From assembly GCA_039028615.1 (NCBI GenBank), contig JBCCHT010000049.1:1-64000 (forward strand): DNA of 64,000 bases, in the 5' to 3' direction. The DNA comes from Myxococcota bacterium (GTDB lineage: Bacteria; Myxococcota_A; Polyangia; Nannocystales; Nannocystaceae). This document shows, piece by piece, positions 56,487 through 64,000 of the stretch; within the stretch, counting starts at the first letter, position 1, and each line of letters opens with the position of its first letter. The position numbers and the translations under genes were made by a program. The notes beneath the pieces were generated by a model. The model worked only from the letters and a program-made list of their open reading frames with translations. It was not told the DNA's origin and did no database searches.

Positions 56487-57704
56487 TCAGCCGCAGACGC
56501 GCTGGAACGCGGCGAGCGCCCCGTCGACCGCGGCATCGTCGGCGGCCATCGACAGGCGCAGGTAGCCGGGCATGGCGAAGGCGGTGCCCGGCACCACGAT
56601 GGTGCGCTCGGCCAGCATGCGCTCGGTCAGGGCGACGTCGCCTCCCTGCTCGTCGCGCAGGCGCTCGGGTAGGCGGGGGAACAGGAAGAACCCGGCCTGC
56701 GGGGGCTGGAGCTCGAAGCCGAGGTCGCTCAGGCCCGCGGCCATTCGCTCGCAGCGTCGCGCGTAGACCCCCACGTCGACCTTGCCGTCCTCGTGCCCGA
56801 GCACCTTGGGCAGCACGCGCTGCATGAGGGCGGGCGCGTTGACGAAGCCGAGCACGCGGTTGTTGAAGGCGAAGGCCCGACCCAGCAGCCCGACCCCCTG
56901 GGCCCGCGGGGAGATGATGATGTAGCCGATGCGCTCCCCGGCCAGCCCCAGGTCTTTGGAGTGGCTGGTGATGTGAATGGTGTGCTCGTATTGCGTCATC
57001 ATCGACGCGACCGCGCTGCCGTCGTGAGTGAGGTCGCGGTAGGGGCTGTCCTCGATCACGAAGATCGGTGTGTCGCGCTTGCTGTTGGTCTCGCGCAGCA
57101 CCGTGGCCAGGCGCTCGAGCTCGGCCGCGCTGTAGACCACCCCGCTGGGATTGTTGGGGGAGTTGATGAGCAGCAGCCGGGTGCGCTCGGTCAGCCGCGA
57201 CGCGATGGCGTCGATGTCGAGGGCGAAGGTGTCGGTCGAAGGCGCAGGTACGAGCACCGCGCTGGCGTTTGCGCAGTAGTGGTCGTACTCGGCAAAGTAC
57301 GGCACGGGCACCACGATTTCGTCGCCCGCGTCGAGCATCGACCGCAGCAGCACGTTGATCCCGCCCGCGGCGCCCACGGTCAACGTCAGGTGCGAGCCCT
57401 CGATGGGCAGTGAGAACCGCTCTGCTTCCCGCTCAGCGAGGAATTGTCGGACCTCGGGGAAGCCCGCATTGGTCATGTAGCGATGAAGTCCGGGGGTCGG
57501 ATCATCGAGCAGCTCGTGCAGCGCTTGGGTCCAACGTTTGGGTGGCTCCAGGCTCGGATTGCCCAGCGACAGGTCATGCACCGGGCCTCCTCCCTGGCTA
57601 CGCAATTGCGCGGCCTGTTCGAACATTCGTCGAGTCCACGACTCTTTGGCTCCGAGCAAGGTCTCGGCTACGCGAGTGGCCAAAAGGGCACGTCCGTCGT
57701 CCAC
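56487..57704 (-). CDS. PLP-dependent aminotransferase class I/II (aspartate aminotransferase-like)
   Basis: SWTRRMFE, DLSLGNP, HRYMTNAG, INSPNNPSG, SHSKDLGLAGERIGY, VPGTAF. Start is approximate. Confidence 0.9.
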   Translation of the reverse strand: MDDGRALLATRVAETLLGAKESWTRRMFEQAAQLRSQGGGPVHDLSLGNPSLEPPKRWTQALHELLDDPTPGLHRYMTNAGFPEVRQFLAEREAERFSLPIEGSHLTLTVGAAGGINVLLRSMLDAGDEIVVPVPYFAEYDHYCANASAVLVPAPSTDTFALDIDAIASRLTERTRLLLINSPNNPSGVVYSAAELERLATVLRETNSKRDTPIFVIEDSPYRDLTHDGSAVASMMTQYEHTIHITSHSKDLGLAGERIGYIIISPRAQGVGLLGRAFAFNNRVLGFVNAPALMQRVLPKVLGHEDGKVDVGVYARRCERMAAGLSDLGFELQPPQAGFFLFPRLPERLRDEQGGDVALTERMLAERTIVVPGTAFAMPGYLRLSMAADDAAVDGALAAFQRVCG

Positions 57705-57950
57705 GACCGAACCATAGACCGGACCGTGGGGTCGCGGTGCACGCGGGGGGCGCGGCGAGCCGGGGCCGGCCTGGATGCCCGTGTTCCTCGAATTTCGGCC
57801 CATGTGAGCGGAGGGGGTCCGGGGCTCACCGGCCGATGGTGGTGAGACGGGGCGGCACCTCGTCAATGCGCTACACTCCGCGGCCCCACGGTCGTGGTGC
57901 CGGCCTTTTCCTGGGGCCTCGAGCCACGCCATGCTCCCCGCGTCGAACCG

Positions 57951-60703
<2,753 letters not shown>

Positions 60704-60707
<4 letters not shown>

Positions 60708-61909
60708 GCACCGAGATCCGAGTTCCGCAAATGGGAGAATCGGTCACCGAAGGGGTGATCGCACAATGGCTCAAGCGCAAGGGCGACACCGTCGCCGCGG
60801 ACGAGCCCGTCATCGAGGTCGAGACCGACAAGATCACCGTAGAGGTTCCCGCGCCCGCCGCTGGCGTGCTCGTCGAGCTGAGCGTCAGCGAGGGTGACAC
60901 GGTCGGAGTCGGCGACATCTTGGGCAAGATCGACACCTCGGCGCAGCCCACCCAGTCGGCGCCCGCCGCCGATACGCCCGCCCAGGCGGCCCCGGCGGCC
61001 AGCAGCGGCACCGCGCCCGCGATGCCGTCGGCCCGGGCCGAAGCACGCCGCCGTGGGGTCGAGCTCGACGGGGTGGCCGGCAGCGGCCGTGGGGGACGCA
61101 TCCTCAAGGAGGACGTCATCAAGGCCGCGCAGGCGCCTGCCCCCGCGCCCGCACCCGCCCCGGCGCGCGTCGTCAGCACGCCTCCGCCTCCGCCGGCCGT
61201 GACCGGCGAGCGTACCGAGGAGCGCAAGACCATGTCGCCCATCCGCCGTCGGGTGGCCGAGCGTCTGGTGCAGTCGCAAAAGGGCACCGCCACGCTCACG
61301 ACCTTCAACGAGGTCGACATGTCGGCGGTCATCAGCCTGCGCAAGCGCTACAAGGAGCAGTTCATCAAGCGCCACGGCATCAAGCTGGGCTTCATGTCCT
61401 TCTTCGTGAAGGCGGCCTGCGAGGCGCTCAAGGAGTTCCCGCCCGTCAACGCCGAGATCGACGGCGACGACGTCATCTACAAGCACTACTACGACATCGG
61501 CGTGGCCGTGGGCGGCGGCAAGGGCCTGGTGGTCCCCGTCATTCGCGATGCCGATCGTCGCGGCTTCGCCAACGTCGAGGCGGCCATCGCCGACTTCGGC
61601 GCGCGGGCCCAGGCCAACAAGCTGACCCTCGACGAGCTCCAGGGCGGCACCTTCACCGTGTCCAACGGCGGGGTCTACGGCTCGATGCTCTCGACGCCGA
61701 TCCTCAACCCCCCGCAGACCGGCATCCTCGGCCTGCACAACATCGTCGAGCGCCCGGTGGCCATCGACGGCAAGGTCGAGATTCGGCCCATCATGTACCT
61801 GGCGCTGAGCTACGACCATCGGCTCATCGATGGCCGTGAAGCGGTGCAGTTCCTGGTGCGGATCAAGCAACTCATCGAGGATCCCGAGCGCCTGCTCCTG
61901 GATGTGTGA
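60704..61909 (+). CDS. sucB: Dihydrolipoamide succinyltransferase E2
   Basis: Lipoyl motif [46 protein letters not shown]; 4-nt overlap with sucA. Confidence 0.97.
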
Positions 61910-61914
61910 GCGTC

Positions 61915-63324
61915 ATGAGCGAGTCCTTCGATCTCATCGTCATCGGCGCGGGCCCAGGCGGCTACGTGGCGGCGATTCGGGCCGCCCAGCTCGGCATGAG
62001 CGTGGCCTGCGTGGACAAGAACCCCCAGCTGGGGGGCACCTGCCTGCGGGTGGGCTGTATCCCAAGCAAGGCGCTGCTCGAGTCCAGTGAGCGCTACTAC
62101 GAGGCCCGGACCGGCGGCTTCGACAATCACGGCATCGGGCTCGGCGAGGTCTCCCTCGACCTCCAGGCGATGCTCGCTCGCAAGGACGAGATCGTCACGC
62201 AGCTGACCCGCGGCGTCGCCGGGCTGTTCAAGAAGAACGGCGTGAAGGCCTTCCACGGCACGGGGCGGCTGAAGGGCAACGGCCAGGTCGAGGTCACCCC
62301 GCTCTCCGCCAAGGAGTCGGCGCAGGTGATCACGGGCAAGCGCATCCTCATCGCCACCGGCTCCACCCCAGCCTCCATCCCGGGCGTCGACCTCGACGGT
62401 GACCGCATCGGTACCTCCACCGAGGCACTGTCCTTCCCCGAGGTGCCCGAGCGCCTGGTCGTCATCGGCGGCGGCGTCATCGGCCTCGAGATGGGCTCGG
62501 TCTGGAACCGGCTCGGCTCCGAGGTCGTGGTGCTCGAGTACATGCCCGACTTCCTGCCCACCTGCGACGTGGAGATCGCCCGCCATGCCAAGCGCGCGTT
62601 CACCAAGCAGGGGCTGAAGATCAACCTCGGGGTCAAGGTCACCGGGGCTCAGGTCGCGGGCGACAAGGTCACCGTCTCCTACGAAGAGGGCGGCGAGGCC
62701 AAGGTCATCGAGGCGGATCGCGTGCTCGTGTCGACCGGGCGTAGGCCCAACACCGAGGGGCTCGGGGCTCGCGAGCTCGGCGTCACCATGGACGCCCGCG
62801 GCTTCATCACCGTGGACGACCACTTCGCGACCAACATCGAGGGCGTCTACGCCATCGGCGACGTCATCATCGGCCCCATGCTCGCGCACAAAGCCGAGGA
62901 AGAGGGCGTGGCCGCGGTGGAGCTGATGGCCGGGTTGCCCGGTCACCTCAACTACGACGCCATTCCCGGCATCATCTACACGCACCCCGAGGTCGCGACC
63001 ATCGGCAAGACCGAGCAGGAGCTCAAGGCGGCGGGCGTGCCCTACACCAAGGGGTCCTTCCCCTTCGCCGCCAACGGTCGAGCCAAGGCGATGGCCGAGA
63101 CCGACGGCATCGTCAAGATCTTGGCCCACGCCGAGACCGACCGCGTGCTCGGGTTTCACGTCGTCGGGCCCCACGCCAGCGATCTTGCGGCGGAGGGCGC
63201 GGTCGCCATGGAGTTCTCGGCCAGCGCCGAGGACCTCGCCCGCAGCGTGCACGCGCACCCGACCCTCAGCGAGGTGGTCAAAGAGGCCGCCCTCGCCGCG
63301 GGGGGTCGCGTCATCCACATCTGA
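61915..63324 (+). CDS. lpdA: Dihydrolipoamide dehydrogenase E3
   Basis: GAGPGGYVAA, GGTCLRVGCIPSK, GGGVIGLE, MLAHKAEEEG, HAHPTLSE. Confidence 0.97.
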   Translation: MSESFDLIVIGAGPGGYVAAIRAAQLGMSVACVDKNPQLGGTCLRVGCIPSKALLESSERYYEARTGGFDNHGIGLGEVSLDLQAMLARKDEIVTQLTRGVAGLFKKNGVKAFHGTGRLKGNGQVEVTPLSAKESAQVITGKRILIATGSTPASIPGVDLDGDRIGTSTEALSFPEVPERLVVIGGGVIGLEMGSVWNRLGSEVVVLEYMPDFLPTCDVEIARHAKRAFTKQGLKINLGVKVTGAQVAGDKVTVSYEEGGEAKVIEADRVLVSTGRRPNTEGLGARELGVTMDARGFITVDDHFATNIEGVYAIGDVIIGPMLAHKAEEEGVAAVELMAGLPGHLNYDAIPGIIYTHPEVATIGKTEQELKAAGVPYTKGSFPFAANGRAKAMAETDGIVKILAHAETDRVLGFHVVGPHASDLAAEGAVAMEFSASAEDLARSVHAHPTLSEVVKEAALAAGGRVIHI

Positions 63325-63409
63325 ACGACGGCGAACTCGTCGCTCGACTCGCACCGCACTCACGCCGCCCGGGGGCTCGCTGGCTCGCCGGGCGGTGTAG
63401 AGTCGCCGC

Positions 63410-64000
63410 GTGAACAACGGTCGTCGGTTCCCGTTTGCCGTGCTGCTCTCGCTTGCCGTGGCGTGCAGCGGCGGCACGAGTGATGCCCCCAAGGACTCCG
63501 CCGAGGCGAAGAAGGCCGAGGTCGGCAAGGCCGACGCCAAAGCGAAGTCCGCCGACTCACCGCTGACGGTCGAGTTCCTGCGGCGGCACATCGAGGTCTT
63601 GTCCCACGACGACATGGAGGGGCGACGACCGGGCAGCCCGGGCGGGGCCAAGGCGGTCGCGTACATCAAGGCGCAGATGGAGGCGCTCGGCCTTCAGCCC
63701 GCGGGGGACGAGGGCGGCTTCACTCAGGCGGTGCCGATGCGAGCCTTGAAGCTCGACCCCGCGCGTTCGTGGCTGAAGCTCGGCGAGGGCAAGGCGGCGC
63801 CGCAGCCCCTGGAGATGGGCAAGGAGATCGTCGCGGGCAGCATGGGCCCGGCGGGCACGACCCAGCTCGACGCGCCGCTGGTGTTCGTCGGCTACGGCGT
63901 GACCGCGCCCGAGCACGACTGGGACGACTACGAGGGCGTGGACGTGCGGGGCAAGATCGCGGTGGTGTTCGTGGGTGATCCCCCGGTCACCGACGGTCGC
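63410..64000 (+). CDS. M28-family peptidase with PA domain, lipoprotein; truncated at window end and absent from the ORF track
   Basis: GTG 63410: LLSLAVAC lipobox; HIEVLSHDDMEGRRPGSPG...LGLQPAG...PLVFVGYGVTAPEHDWDDYEGVDVRGKI, open to 64000. Confidence 0.88.
   Translation, partial: MNNGRRFPFAVLLSLAVACSGGTSDAPKDSAEAKKAEVGKADAKAKSADSPLTVEFLRRHIEVLSHDDMEGRRPGSPGGAKAVAYIKAQMEALGLQPAGDEGGFTQAVPMRALKLDPARSWLKLGEGKAAPQPLEMGKEIVAGSMGPAGTTQLDAPLVFVGYGVTAPEHDWDDYEGVDVRGKIAVVFVGDPPVTDGR

Overview
This is a high-GC, gene-dense bacterial chromosomal window. Its content points to a myxobacterium (Myxococcota, probably Nannocystaceae-like; inference): kinase-TM-TPR Ser/Thr kinases, many Cys-rich lipoproteins, FHA-LuxR, and an ECF sigma factor beside a kinase. 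Recognisable housekeeping genes include sucA-sucB-lpdA, a 2-oxoacid:ferredoxin oxidoreductase alpha/beta pair, ychF, a POT transporter, M16 and M28 peptidases, aminotransferases, a LeuA-family synthase and a type II toxin-antitoxin pair. The best candidate for an undescribed system is a tight five-gene + strand operon at 16646-25426. Four small unassignable proteins come first: an acidic-leader/amphipathic-helix protein, a coiled-coil protein with a CxxCWG...CxxCxGxG motif, a (DDEAIIDW)x4-leader/Arg-rich protein and a 92-aa protein. They are followed by a 2224-aa protein with an intact N-terminal S8 subtilase, an in-frame internal Shine-Dalgarno/ATG, and about 1650 aa of unknown function containing a peptidoglycan-binding-like motif. 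A second accessory module (LysM/PG-binding protein plus a two-HKD phospholipase D behind an ECF sigma/kinase pair) looks like an orphan secreted effector. No rRNA, tRNA, CRISPR array or transposase was recognised. All calls come from reading motifs by eye; no searches were run, and many start codons are my best choice rather than the longest ORF.
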